This document shows, piece by piece, positions 1-12,401 of a DNA stretch of 64,000 bases. The stretch's first letter is position 1, and every line of letters starts with the position of its first letter. Under the pieces are notes generated by a model that was not told the DNA's origin, made no database searches, and saw nothing but the letters and a program-made list of their open reading frames with translations. The stretch is from Macrostomum hystrix. Its lineage: Eukaryota; Animalia; Platyhelminthes. Where the stretch lies: contig CATNEN010000033.1 in assembly GCA_950097015.1 (NCBI GenBank), positions 3,038,001-3,102,000 on the forward strand, in the 5' to 3' direction. The position numbers were made by a program, and so were the translations under genes.

Positions 1-156
1 ACTGTACCATGGTACTGTTACACCAAAACGCTCGTACTGTACCATGGTACTGTTACACCGAAACGCTCGTACTGTACCATGGTACTGTTACACCAAAACG
101 CTCGTACTGTACCATGGTACTGTTACACCAAAACGCTCGTACTGTACAATGGTACT
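1..156. repeat. 35-bp tandem repeat (ACTGTACCATGGTACTGTTACACCAAAACGCTCGT), ~4.5 copies, truncated by window start; intronic
   Basis: Units start at 1, 36, 71, 106, 141. Confidence 0.95.
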
Positions 157-186
157 TTTCCCAAAATTGCTCTCAACCAGACTGAC

Positions 187-477
187 TTGAGGCTCCAGCT
201 GCTGCTGATGGGATTCATGAGATGCGGATCCTCCAGCAGCATGGCCTCCAGCAGCCAGTGCAGCGCGCACAGTTGCTTGAAGAGGCTCTCCATGAACTCC
301 GGCTGCTCGGTCGCGTCCTCGTGCGTGCTGCACCAGGGCGCCTCCTCGGGATGGTCGCCGATATTCACGTGCAGCGGGGTGAAGGGCCGCGGCGGGTGGC
401 TGCGTTTCTTGCGCCGACAATCCTGACGGCTCGACCGCGACGCCTGGTGCTGCTCTGGGCCTACCGAGCGGAAAGAC
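187..477 (-). CDS. CCDC60: CCDC60-like (DUF4698) gene, exon 4; gene continues beyond window start
   Basis: CAG acceptor 478-480 and GTCAGT donor 181-186. Translation RPFTPLHV...SLFKQLCALHWLLEAM...MNPISSSW matches the RPFTPIH / LFRQLCALHWLLEAL motifs I recall from CCDC60. Confidence 0.75.
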
Positions 478-529
478 CTGGCAGGAGGGCAGAAGGATTG
501 GCTGCAACTGGGCGGTTTTCTTCTCCCCT

Positions 530-795
530 TTCTGCCTCAACCTGTGCCTCAACCTCTGCCTCACCCTCTCTGCCTCACCCTCTATGCCTCACCACCTGCC
601 TCACCCTCTCTGCCTCCCTACCTGCCTCACCCTCTATGCCTCACCCTCTCTGCCTCACCCTCTCTGCCTCACCCTCTATGCCTCACCCTCTATGCCTCAC
701 CACCTGCCTCACCCTCTATGCCTCACCCTCTCTGCCTCACCCTCTATGCCTCACCACCTGCCTCACCCTCTATGCCTCACCCTCTGCCTCACCCA
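530..795. repeat. Degenerate pyrimidine-rich minisatellite (CCTCACCCTCTMTG / CCTCACCACCTG) in intron
   Basis: Visible 12-14 bp units; the ORFs called across it are repeat artefacts. Confidence 0.9.
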
Positions 796-846
796 CTCAC
801 CAACCCATCAAGATATCAAGCTGGGCTGCCAGCCGCAGGGACTCAC

Positions 847-989
847 TCGATGTGCACCGAGTTGGCCGCCACGAAGTCCTCCTTGCCCTCGTCGTCAGAG
901 GAGTCCTCGGCATCCGGCGGTGGCGGAGGCCGCGCCTCGGTGCGCGCCCTGAGCCGCTCCAGCTGGTCTTGTCGGATTTTTTCAGCCAC
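847..989 (-). CDS. CCDC60: CCDC60-like gene, exon 3 (VAEKIRQDQL...SVHI)
   Basis: CAG acceptor 990-992, GTGAGT donor 841-846; phases 0 and 2 fit the neighbouring exons. Confidence 0.7.
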
Positions 990-1563
990 CTGCGTTGGAA
1001 TGAACGCGAGGCCATGCAGGTTGAGAACACTACTCAGTTGAGTGCCGATGTCTCATCTCTCAAATATACTGTTAGACAGAAATCGATAATCAAACAGCTA
1101 TTCTCACCCGCTTTTCCTTCTCTTGATGCAAGTATTCGAAGTAACTCTTGCCGATGTTCATGTGCTTGCGGATGCTTCTACGGACGAGTAAGAAATCAAA
1201 TATTGTGGTATTTTCCATCCTTCGAAAGAGGGATTTTCCATGCAAATTTCCAACTCTCCACTAAAATCCGATTGCAGGGGAATTTTCCACCACCCCCTTT
1301 AGGGGCTGTAGGAAAAGACTTTCAATGAGCTTTCCACACTCCGGGAGTAAACATTTTCCCATGGCGGTCTACTCACGCCTCCAATTAAAACTCAACTCAC
1401 TCGGACTTTTGCAGCTCCGCCTTCAGATCTACCTTGACGTCCTTTCTAGATGCGATGAACAGCGAGGGATTCTGAAAAGCAAGTGAGTGATGAAATAGCG
1501 AAGATAAGAGGGGAAAGGTATTTTTTTTACAAAACAACTGCCGTAACATTCACAGCCGCCTAC

Positions 1564-1776
1564 CACGTGCTTGGCCACCTTGTCCTCAGGCTTGAGATCC
1601 TGAGACTCCTGAGCTGGCGCTCGCTCCGGCTCCTTCTGACCCAGCGTGCTGAGAATCAGCTGCCGGTCGTCCAGGCACACCTCATCGCCGATGCATTCGT
1701 ACGGCTTCCAGGCCGGCGTGCGGAAGCCCTGGCAGCTCAGCTGGCGGTAACGACGGCTGTAGTTCTCGTGCCGAAC
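1564..1776 (-). CDS. CCDC60: CCDC60-like gene, exon 2 (VRHENYSRRY...KVAKHV)
   Basis: CAG acceptor 1777-1779, GTAGGC donor; 71 open codons, phase 0/0. Confidence 0.7.
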
Positions 1777-1799
1777 CTGTCGGCGGGAGAGACAGGTGG

Positions 1800-2086
1800 C
1801 GGCTGTAGGAGATCGGAGTGGGGCTGTAGGAGATCGGAGCGGGGCTGTAGGAGATTGTAGTGTGGCTGTAGGAGATCGGAGCGGGGCTGTAAGAGATTGT
1901 AGTGTGGCTGTAGGAGATCGGAGCGGGGCCGTAGGAGATCGGAGTGGGGCTGTAGGAGATCGGAGCGGGGCTGTAAGAGATTGTAGTGTGGTTGTAGGAG
2001 ATCGGAGCGGGGCCGTAGGAGATCGGAGCGGGGCCGTAGGAGATCGGAGCGGGGCTGTAGGAGATCGGAGCGGGGCTGTAAGAGAT
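1800..2086. repeat. ~21-bp minisatellite (GCTGTAGGAGATCGGAGCGGG and variants)
   Basis: Direct tandem units. Confidence 0.9.
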
Positions 2087-3019
2087 TGTCGTTATTGGGA
2101 TTATAAAAAGATTTTATTCGCAGTTATGCCACAGGTCACGCAGTAAATAGATATCTGATCAGCATGCATTCAGAAGCATGCCTTGCAAGATAGAGTGTGC
2201 AAATAGATATTTATAGAATAGATAAGTGCGAGTGAGTCGATGCGGTCTGTGCTCATGCGATGCGCAGCATATCATGCTCATACCATGGTTTAGCAAAATA
2301 TTGCTCGTAATTACATGGGGTTAAGCATCTGAGAATATCCCAACAGCCAAACAGATGCGGTGTAAATGTCAGGCATGCGGAGATAAAATTAAATTTTCAA
2401 TTCTTTCTTCCTGTTGCAGGGATTCCCAATTTTGGCGGCAACCGGCTTTTACCAATCGATAAAAAATCAATACACCCCTTGAGGAAACCAAATCAAACGA
2501 ATTGACATCTAGATAGACAGAAATGAAAAAAGTAAACTAATTAGAGAGAAGCAAAACAGTAACAGATCAGAGCAGTGGATGTTATGTGTGCTCATGCCTC
2601 ATGTAGCAGCTCGACGGTTTTCAGAGTGAGACAGCTCAGACGCAAGCCAGTAAAAACTATAACAAAAATTTAGTTGATCAGCATCACACCCTGTGGCCAG
2701 ACTGCCTGCGGTGTTCTGGGAAAAGCCGTCGCCCTCAACCTGGTCTGGCAGTGGAGGAAAGGCAAAGTGAAGCGTTGACAGTTTTACAGATGCTGTTTTG
2801 GTCATGTACAGCATAAAATAAGATGTTGCGTGTTCGAGTGCTGCAAGCTGCAATTCTATGCAAAGCGAGTGCCGCTGGTGGCAGTTCCTTCACTTCTGAA
2901 TTCCGTGGCTTCGCAAAGCAGCTTTTAATGAAAATTATAAGCTAAAAGCTGGCATAAAGCTCTAGCAAACAGCCATTCTTTTTTAGGTTCATTTCTTTAG
3001 AGCAAGAGAAAGTAAGAGC

Positions 3020-4475
3020 GACTGAGAACTCAGAGGTGGATTGTGACTGAGAGCTCAGAGGTGGATTGTGACTGAGAGCTCAGAGGTGGATTGTGACTGA
3101 GAGCTCAGAGGTGGATTGTGACTGAGAGCTCAGAGGTGGATTGTGACTGAGAGCTCAGAGGTGGATTGTGACTGAGAGCTCAGAGGTGGATTGTGACTGA
3201 GAGCTCAGAGGTGGATTGTGACTGAGAGCTCAGAGGTGGATTGTGACTGAGAGCTCAGAGGTGGGGTGACTGAGAACTCAGAGGTGGAGAGTGACTGAGA
3301 ACTCAGGGGTGGAGAGTGACTGAGAACTCAGAGGTGGGGTGACTGAAAACTCAGAGGTGGGGTGACTGAGAACTCAGAGGTGGAGTGACTGAGAGCTCAG
3401 AGGTGGAGAGTGACTGAGAGCTCAGAGGTGGATTGTGACTGAGAACTCAGAGGTGGGGTGACTGAGAACTCAGAGGTGGAGAGTGACTGAGAACTCAGAG
3501 GTGGAGAGTGACTGAGAACTCAGAGGTGGAGAGTGACTGAGAACTCAGTGTTGGGGTGACTGAGAACTCAGAGGTGGGGTGACTGAGAACTCAGAGGTGG
3601 ATTGTGACTGAGAACTCAGAGGTGGGGTGACTGAGAGCTCAGAGGTGGATTGTGACTGAGAGCTCAGAGGTGGAGTGACTGAGAGCTCAGAGGTGGATTG
3701 TGACTGAGAACTCAGAGGTGGATTGTGACTGAGAGCTCAGAGGTGGATTGTGACTGAAAGCTCAGAGGTGGATTGTGACTGAGAGCTCAGAGGTGGATTG
3801 TGACTGAGAGCTCAGAGGTGGATTGTGACTGAGAGCTCAGAGGTGGGGTGACTGAGAACTCAGAGGTGGATTGTGACTGAGAGCTCAGAGGTGGATTGTG
3901 ACTGAGAACTCAGAGGTGGATTGTGACTGAGAGCTCAGAGGTGGATTGTGACTGAGAGCTCAGAGGTGGGGTGACTGAGAGCTCAGAGGTGGATTGTGAC
4001 TGAGAGCTCAGAGGTGGATTGTGAATGAGAGCTCAGAGGTGGATTGTGACTGAGAGCTCAGAGGTGGATTGTGACTGAGAGCTCAGAGGTGGATTGTGAC
4101 TGAGAGCTCAGAGGTGGATTGTGACTGAGAGCTCAGAGGTGGATTGTGACTGAGAGCTCAGAGGTGGAGTGACTGAGAACTCAGAGGTGGAGTGACTGAG
4201 AACTCAGAGGTGGATTGTGACTGAGAGCTCAGAGGTGGATTGTGACTGAGAGCTCAGAGGTGGGGTGACTGAGAGCTCAGAGGTGGATTGTGACTGAGAG
4301 CTCAGAGGTGGAGAGTGACTGAGAACTCAGAGGTGGAGAGTGACTGAGAGCTCAGAGGTGGAGAGTGACTGAGAACTCAGAGGTGGATTGTGACTGAGAG
4401 CTCAGAGGTGGATTGTGACTGAGAGCTCAGAGGTGGAGAGTGACTGAGAGCTCAGAGGTGGATTGTGACTGAGAA
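3020..4475. repeat. ~25-bp minisatellite (GACTGAGAGCTCAGAGGTGGATTGT), roughly 58 copies
   Basis: Direct tandem units with length variants. Confidence 0.95.
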
Positions 4476-4500
4476 CACGGAGGTAGGGAGCCTCTCAAAC

Positions 4501-4665
4501 CTGGTCTCTGGATGGCTCAGACGGGTCGTACAGCAGGGCAGTCCTTGCCCGCATCTTCACGCCTACGTGCGATCGCAGCGGCAGCGGTGCCGGCCGGACA
4601 AAGTTGCGGACGTCCTGCTCGCCCTCGCGCGGGATGTTAAACTTCACGCCCACCACTGACGTCAT
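4501..4665 (-). CDS. CCDC60: Probable first coding exon of the CCDC60-like gene (MTSVVGVKFNIPRE...EPSRDQ)
   Basis: ATG at 4665, 55 open codons, GTTTGA donor in phase 0 matching exon 2; GC-rich like the other exons. Confidence 0.55.
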
Positions 4666-7339
4666 CGCAGCGGCTGAAGTTTTTGAGCACTGTTATACTA
4701 GACTTTGTACCTATTCTGAGTGTCCAATAAACATATTTTTATTTATAATACATAAAGAATACATATGTTTTTTTATGGAGAAAAGCTCTTTTTTAGCTAT
4801 AGTACAAACTATTTAGTTTTTACTTCTTTATTTTGGCAAGGCACACAGGGGACACATTTTTGAGATAAATATATAACTCTATTTGTATGAGAGCTTGGTT
4901 TTTTTCTGAAACTCAAATACTCAAATATACTAAAATATCTGACTTTCTGATGGGCATAGTTTGAATAAAGTTAATATATGTACCAAAGATTTATTAAAAT
5001 CTTGTGAAACATACATGATAATATGATATATATAATACTTGCTATGTATAAATAACGAAAATATTTTTGCTTTGTCATACATGTTTGAACATAACTTGAA
5101 CATTATGTTTTTGCTATATTTATATACAAAAAGCTTAGGAAATTTAAATGATTTTATACTGTCGTTGATAGAAGAGAATTAATCACTCTGATTGCACGTT
5201 ATAAAGTTCTTTTGTAAGATTCGTGACTACAAAATTCCTTGTAAAGCATACAAAATATTCACAAAAATCATCTGAATTACTTCAGAAACTGGATTAAACC
5301 TCGGATTGATTATGATATGAATATACATATTTTAGATGTAATTAAACAACGCATTAGTCTTCAAATATTCATATTTTATCATGATGTATATATGTAAATC
5401 AAAATATGTAAATATGTATGTATTTTGTACCAGATGTACCAAAAATATGTCTTTTGGTAGCAAAAGTGAGCTTTCATTCCATTTTAACGGAAACACATTA
5501 GCGCAAAAATGAGCATACGAAATTCACATTGATTAATATATAGCAAAGCATTACAAGGTTATGTCGAGAACCTGCATACAGAGTCATACAGATGCAAGTC
5601 AGTGGCAAAAGTACAAAAAGACTTTAATAAGTTTTCTAGACTTTCACTCAGCTCTCAGCCTGCATTCTGTCTCAGTTTTGTGTGCCAAATCGAAAAAGGT
5701 AGGTAGGTTGGCTCAGGCAAGCAGCCTGTTTTGCCAATGTTATTTATTTTATGTTTATTTACCAAGTTCGGAAAAGTTTTCTTTTCCGATAACTGCACTG
5801 CAGCAGAGACTGCAGCAGAAAAAATGTTTCTCTTTTAGTTGTTTAAATGATTGTTAAGAATGTTGTTAGCATAAACTATGTACATTAAAACTAATATAAA
5901 AAGTTACAACCAATTATTTGCGCTAAAAATACATTAAAATTAATTAATAGATCTAATTAAAGTTATCAAATATATTTCACGTGAAGTTACTTTTTAGGCA
6001 GCTTCTGACGTTTTTATGTTGCAAGCTTTTAAACGCGTGCTCACTTTCGTACTCAAGTGTTATGTGCTCGAATTCCAATTGTATAAATTTTATCCAAGGA
6101 CCACAGTAGTATAACTGTAGTTAAGTTGTACAATAGTGGTCCTTGATTTTATCTTTTATGCATTTTATCCCCATGAAATAACACTGGGCAGATCTTAGCG
6201 GTTTAGAAAATCATTTCTTTTCCATACTCAGCAAGCGAAACTCAAAGCACTTTAAAAAGCTACAAGGTTGGCGAGGAGTGGACAGACCCATAATAGGAAT
6301 TAAGTTAAGGTCTATCAGAATTCCGTACTTCTGGCTAGTATGTCGAGTTACCAGATATGAAAGCATCCATTCAAACAAAGCTACAGGTTAGTTATTTGCG
6401 TGTATATAGCAAGACTACTCATTCTGTCGATAAAGCTGTTGAGTGCTTTTTTCACGAGTACGAGCATCATGCGTTTCAAGGCCATTTTAAAGCCAGAGCG
6501 TCTATTTTTTTTTACCAGCCAGCAGGTGCAAATTTCTAAGGGCGTACGAGGAGTAGTGAGGCTTTCAATAAACATCCCAATTGGAAAGGTTACGTAAAAT
6601 GTACGTTAAAATTACGTTAAATATCAACGAAACTTTGGTGGAATATACGTAGATATTTTACGTAGATTTCACGTTGAAAGTGTCGCGTGAAAATGCTTGA
6701 AATCTACGTATCTGATTTTACGAATAATGTACGTATTATCTACGAAGAAGATTAACGTCCTAAAACTGCTTAATTAGCTCGTATAGTAATATAATCGTCG
6801 GGTTCTACTTTGATTTTTAACCACAAACATGTGTATATTTTACTCATCACAGTTAACTTCTTCGGGCAAGCAATTTGCCGTTTAATTTTTCTTAAACAGT
6901 AAGTAATAGAACACAGAAAACGAAGAGCAAAATATACTGTTTATATTATTTTCTTGACTAAATTTTACTGAATTAGATTTTAACATTATGTTCTAAGTTG
7001 CACCCATAGTATGTTTTATTATTGGCATTATGACATGTTATGACAAAAAGTAGACTGCAATGTTTGCACCTAATTTCAGCATACAAAAAGATTACTGAAT
7101 TCAAAAATAAGAGCAAAAATAAATATTGAGAAAATACACAAGAAAAGGTTAAAGGCTGCATTCAAATTAGCAAGATTCGAGGCAGGAAGAGAAACGGCAC
7201 GCTTTTAGAGCAAGTGGCATCTGCAAGAATTAAGGCGGGAAGAGAAACGGAAGAGGCAAAAATAACATTACGGATTGTGGATCTCTATAACTACCAGCTT
7301 TCAAGTTTTAATAAACAAATAAGAACTCAAGGAAGCCAG

Positions 7340-8012
7340 CTATGTCGCCTTAAGGCGGGCAGGCGCCTGACGGAGCCAGTCGGCAATTGCTGTTTTTACT
7401 ATATTTGATTCGCACTTGCCCGACTTGCTGCCCTGGGCTACCAGTCGCTTAATCAAGGAAATTGTGTTAACAAAATCCTTGAAGGCGGCTTTTTCACCTC
7501 TTTTGCCTTCGAAATTGTAGGATGCAGCCAATTGCGTAGTGATAAACTTGGGCATAAGCATAAAAACGGCTTTACGCTGAGAATCAGAAACCATGCAGCC
7601 GATATAGGAGGCCAGCATGCTTGATTGCTTAGGAATCCCTAAGTACTGTTCCAGCTGATCCAATGCCTCATTTGTGCTTACTGGCAGCACGAAGGGCAAA
7701 TTGAGCTTTGCAAGCTGGGGCACTTGACGATTAGCCAACAGTTGCTTTAGCAGCTGGTTATTTTCCTTCGCTAAAGAAAATGTGGAGCAAACTAAACGCA
7801 TTAAAGTCGTTTCGTCATCTCCCGTGTAGCGGAAGTTTTCTTCAGCGCAAAATTGCGACAAAAAACTCGTACCCAATTGAGCAGCATCATCCGCCCGTCG
7901 CGATAGACTTGGAGTCAAATGACTGTCCAGCGGGCCTGGTCCAATGGTGTCGTCATCATCACTGATGTATTGAAGCGAGCAGCGAGCTGCCGATTGTACC
8001 GGTGTAGAAGGA
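7340..8012 (-). CDS. EnSpm accessory protein (ORF2) exon 2, DUF4806-like domain
   Basis: Open frame with LPFVLPVSTNEALDQLEQYL and FITTQLAASYNFEGKRGEKAAF, typical of DUF4806 proteins; AAG acceptor at 8013-8015 is in phase with the donor at 8110. Confidence 0.7.
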
Positions 8013-8110
8013 CTTAATTGATGAGGTTAAAGAGCATGACAATTAAGTTTTCAAAAGCGAATATTTTAATGTTTGGATTATACTTTAAAATCACCCAGGC
8101 CCGCACTTAC

Positions 8111-8985
8111 ACCGACCGACCAGAGAAATTCATGCTAGCGGCTGTTTCTTGTCGTTGAACCGAGCTGCAGGCGCTTGCAGACTGTCCAGCTGCTGAGAGA
8201 TTTGAGCTAGCGACGCTAACAGCAGACGCTTGCTTCTGTCGTCGAACCGAGCTGCAGGCGCTTGCAGACTGTCCAGCTGCTGAGAGATTTGAGCTAGCGA
8301 CGCTAGCAGCAGACGCTTGCTTCTGTCGTTGAACCGAGTTGTAGGCGCTTGCAGACTGTCCAGCTGCTGAGAGATTTGAGCTAGCGACGCTAGCAGCAGA
8401 CGTCTCGTCCTCTTGTCGATGCGAACTGGCACTGGCAGAACGACCATGGAGCAAAAATAGTGAGCCAATATCACCAACGTCCTCTTGCTGCAGCATGTCA
8501 GTTTCGGATTCAGTCTCAGAATCGGATTTAGACTTCGACGACTCGTCATCACTTGATATATATTTATTTCTCTTGCGCTTTTTCTGTGTTGGTTCCATAT
8601 CGATAAGTCGATGAACTGGTTTTCTTTGTCTAGGTGCTTCCGAGTCAGTAGTCCCCAGACCAGGTGTCTCCTCGCCCGCAGCAGCAGCAGCTTCTAGCTT
8701 CTTTAGCTTTTCGCGTGCTTTTCGTTCAGTTGATGCCATACCTAAGACTCTAATAGAGCATGAACGCCATAGTGGCTCAAGTGTAGCTGTAGGCTTTTCC
8801 ATTTTTGAACGTAAAGAGGCGACTCGACTAGTTGATTGCGAAGTGGGGTAGGCAACACTATCCGAAGCTAAAAGCCAAATGGATGGTACATAATCAACTG
8901 ACTTGTCCTCCAGAAACTCGACTATCGTAAAAGCCTGGTTGCTCGAATGCATCTGAAAGGGGTGTAATAATAGTAGTTCAATCAT
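8111..8985 (-). CDS. EnSpm accessory protein (ORF2) exon 1; contains 3 x 87-bp internal repeat
   Basis: FTIVEF...VDYVPSIWL...YP N-terminal motif typical of EnSpm ORF2 proteins; GTAAGT donor at 8105-8110. Confidence 0.7.
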
Positions 8986-9101
8986 TTTACTTGGGAATCA
9001 TTATCGAAATCTTCAAGTATTTAAGAAGTATAATATAAAAAAATTATTAAAAAATGAAAAAACATTTACCTAGTTAGCATTAGCTGGTAATCCTGTTCCA
9101 G

Positions 9102-11141
9102 CTAAATCATTGGAACAACGAGCACTGATTCCTCATCATAATCCTCACCGAGAGGCATAGCAAAGAGCTTTGTAACTGAATCCATAAGCTCAAACATTAC
9201 AAAAGTATCTGAGAGCTTTGAGGCAATGAAAACTCCAAGTGACTTGCTATTGCATGGAAAATTAAAATAGTCTTCTTGTCGTTTGAAGCATCTTGCAATC
9301 ACATAGATGGATGAACAATCAGCTCGAGTAAAAATCTTTGATAGCTTAGTAGCAACACCATTAAAACTAAAATAGGTGTCTCTCTGATGTTTGACAGATA
9401 GTTGCAGTCCTCGAAATATAGCTCGGGCAAAAAAAATTGGTTGGAAATCAATTTGCTCTGCAATGTTTCTTGGAAGGCAGTCACTCACTTCTTCAAAAAA
9501 TTCAATGTTCTTTGGTTGAGAGCCTTGCAGATTTACAGTTGTAACTTGTGTTACTTCTCTAATTCTGTTTACAAGCTGCATGAATGGCAAGTTACCACTT
9601 CTAACACGTCGTCTCAAGAAGCCAAGAGCATTTTCAAACCGAAAAGCACTAAAAGAATCAAGACAACCATATAACTCACAATCATCTGGAAGATGCAACA
9701 GTGCATGCAAATTATAAACTAAGAAGATTCTAGAATAACTTCGCCTGCAGCTTCGTAAATAAACTTGAATAAGACGAGCAACCATGTTTTTCCTATGCCC
9801 TTCAACACCACCAGAGCACATAACTCGAGCAATAATGAAAAGTAGACAAAAGTTCCGAAAAATTCTATGTGGAATCCAGTTATTCTTTAATACACATATT
9901 CCAGTGTACAACAAAAAAGTACGAAACTCAGTTGCTTTCCATAATTTATACTGGGCAAGAGGTCTGGTCTTTCTGTTGAACTCAGAAGGAATAAATGTCC
10001 GTATCAACTCTAGCCTCTCTGAGATAGCTGCTCGAGCCCTACCAGTCAGTCTAGAAATTCCAAGTGGACCACAATGCCAAAAAGAAATCATGCGCTTAAC
10101 CACACCAAGGCAGAGTAGATGCATGAAGTCATAGGGAATCTGTGATATCATGTTGAATGTTGCAAGAGCCAATAGTGGAGATGTTCCTGAATGATGATGA
10201 TGATCAATCTTTGAACGAAAAGTCTGGTTACTTCTAAGTGGCACAACAGAAAAGTCATCAAACACAATACGACCTTCTACTCTTTGTCCACGGATAACAC
10301 AACGATCACAGGAATAAAAAGCAGTATGTCCTTTAATACACTTGATAAGTGCTCGTGCAGGTGTATCAGCCAGAATATACTTCAAATTTAAATGTGTTTG
10401 ACCTGGGTCTGCCATGAGCTCATTAATTTCATTAATTAAAGGTGACATCAATTCTGAAGCTGTTGGTTTTAGATGTCCTTGATAGATGGCAATGACAAAA
10501 GGTGTTTCATTAGATCCTAACAGTCCTAAGACAGCCCAGCAAGATGAAGTTGAGGACTTAGCAAGTGAGAAACCATCAACAAAAACGACCAAATCAGCCT
10601 GACTACAGAAGGAAAAGTCTTGACTGTTAAGAAAACACCTTAGACCAAAGTATGCTATTTGGCCAGTTGATATAGCCTGGATAATTGGCTGAGGAATATT
10701 TGCTTTCAAGAGTGTCTTACCACACTTGGGTAAGGTAGGATATTTCTCTTGTAGTCGTGGTAGTAGTACATCTAGACTATAAATAGGAATGTTGAATTTG
10801 ATTACCCATTGTTTAATAAATTGATTTATGCTATCATCAGCAATACTATTTTCACTAGCAGAGCTTGCTTCTGGCCAAATATCAATAGATGAACTACTAA
10901 CAATTGTACTTTGATCTATTTGATCTATAATTTCAGAATTTTTAGATCTAGATTGAAGATTTTGTCCATCAGTTGAAGAAGCCTCTAGGAACAAAGATGT
11001 CTCTAATTCAGTTGATGCTGGCTCCAAACAGTTAGAATTAGACCCTGTTGTTTCTACTTGACATTTGCTATTAGGCCTAATAATCTTTTTCATTAGCTTT
11101 TTTACATTTCGTTGGTATTTTCTTTGGCCATTAGGAACCAT
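9102..11141 (-). CDS. CMC/EnSpm-family transposase (probable ATG 11141; frame open to 11285)
   Basis: Motifs ADTPARALIKCIKGHTAFYSCDRC, PYDFMHLLCLGVVKR, WKATEFRTFLLY, YNLHALLHLPDD, SAFRFEN; uninterrupted. Confidence 0.9.
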   Translation of the reverse strand: MVPNGQRKYQRNVKKLMKKIIRPNSKCQVETTGSNSNCLEPASTELETSLFLEASSTDGQNLQSRSKNSEIIDQIDQSTIVSSSSIDIWPEASSASENSIADDSINQFIKQWVIKFNIPIYSLDVLLPRLQEKYPTLPKCGKTLLKANIPQPIIQAISTGQIAYFGLRCFLNSQDFSFCSQADLVVFVDGFSLAKSSTSSCWAVLGLLGSNETPFVIAIYQGHLKPTASELMSPLINEINELMADPGQTHLNLKYILADTPARALIKCIKGHTAFYSCDRCVIRGQRVEGRIVFDDFSVVPLRSNQTFRSKIDHHHHSGTSPLLALATFNMISQIPYDFMHLLCLGVVKRMISFWHCGPLGISRLTGRARAAISERLELIRTFIPSEFNRKTRPLAQYKLWKATEFRTFLLYTGICVLKNNWIPHRIFRNFCLLFIIARVMCSGGVEGHRKNMVARLIQVYLRSCRRSYSRIFLVYNLHALLHLPDDCELYGCLDSFSAFRFENALGFLRRRVRSGNLPFMQLVNRIREVTQVTTVNLQGSQPKNIEFFEEVSDCLPRNIAEQIDFQPIFFARAIFRGLQLSVKHQRDTYFSFNGVATKLSKIFTRADCSSIYVIARCFKRQEDYFNFPCNSKSLGVFIASKLSDTFVMFELMDSVTKLFAMPLGEDYDEESVLVVPMI

Positions 11142-12401
11142 AGATGTTATATTACTGAAAAAAGGAGAAATTGTGAAAAAAGTAAGATAGGGTAAGTAAA
11201 TATTGATTAAATTATGAGTAAATTTATTAAAATACTTATAATTAAAATTAAAATTATATTTCTCAATACCACAGAAAAATGTCAATATTAGGCCCTATTT
11301 AAATTTGAAAAGAAAATACTAATTTGTCTTCTAGTTTTAACTTAAGATTAACTAGGCCTGTAAGCTAGGAGCAACCTTGTTAGGGATATATACTAATATA
11401 ATACTAGAAATACAATAAATATAGCAATATAAATATACAACCTATAATTTTAATATTGTTCAAGACAATAACATAGTTAGAACCATGGTGATACAATTAA
11501 TTAGGACTAGAGTAATTTCATTCATGCAAACAAATTTAAATGAATGAAAAAGAATTTGATATGTTGGAAGATGCACCAGTGCAAGTGGTATGAATTACAT
11601 AGACAACTTTTCATTACTATAAGTATAACCATAAGAATAAGCAGCAAGGCTATCTATCTATATATCTATCTAAACATTGTTTTTGCCAATAAAGCAAGGC
11701 TATAAAATATACTTATTCGGACTACTAACATTGGTAGAATGGTAAATTTAATGATCCAGTTCATTATAAATTACCTAGCAATGTCAGACTTTTAACTGGA
11801 TGTAATAGTCGAGAAATCAAACAAAACCGACAATGAATCGTATTACCATTATTCACTGTAACTAGACTATTAAAATAATTCGCAATTAGTTTTACGCTTA
11901 CATATGTTAATTATTTCGCCTCTTACTAACACTAACAAATCCATGTAACATGACATAACAATTTTCCTGCGCGCGAATAAAATAGTAAATCAGTTTGAAA
12001 TTTAGAGTGTAGAACAACCTTAAAACAAATATAACTTATTTTTTTTGTTGTGCTCACGAATAAAAGTTTCATTTATCCCATTAAAAAGGAAGACTTATTC
12101 TAATTTTCAAAACTCTAATTAGATAAGGTAAACATTGACCCCAATCGTTATTGCTGCTATTACGCTTCTGCTCAAAAAGAAGACCTTAGCGAAAGTCTAT
12201 GATGAACTTGTTCAAATATGCAGACAATATTCAAAATAAAATACTGCAGAGCAAAATTTAGTTAAAAGGTCAAGTTTGTAATATACGTCGACGCGAAACA
12301 CGAAAATTATTCGTAATTCCCACGAATAATATTTACGTAAATGTTACGTTAAAAAAATTTTCGTATATTTACGTAGATCAACGAAACCTTCCAATTGGGA
12401 T

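Larger units (their letters stand above)
6576..12399 (-). mobile_element. Complete CMC/EnSpm (CACTA-like) DNA transposon, 5.8 kb
   Basis: TIRs CCCAATTGGAAAGGTT (6576) and AAACCTTCCAATTGGG (to 12399); 2-bp TSD AT at 6574-6575 and 12400-12401; TACGT-rich subterminal repeats at both ends; two ORFs on the minus strand. Confidence 0.88.

Noticed and set aside
222-1328. 368-aa plus-strand ORF and overlapping ORFs
   Set aside because: Antisense to CCDC60-like exons joined through an intronic repeat.
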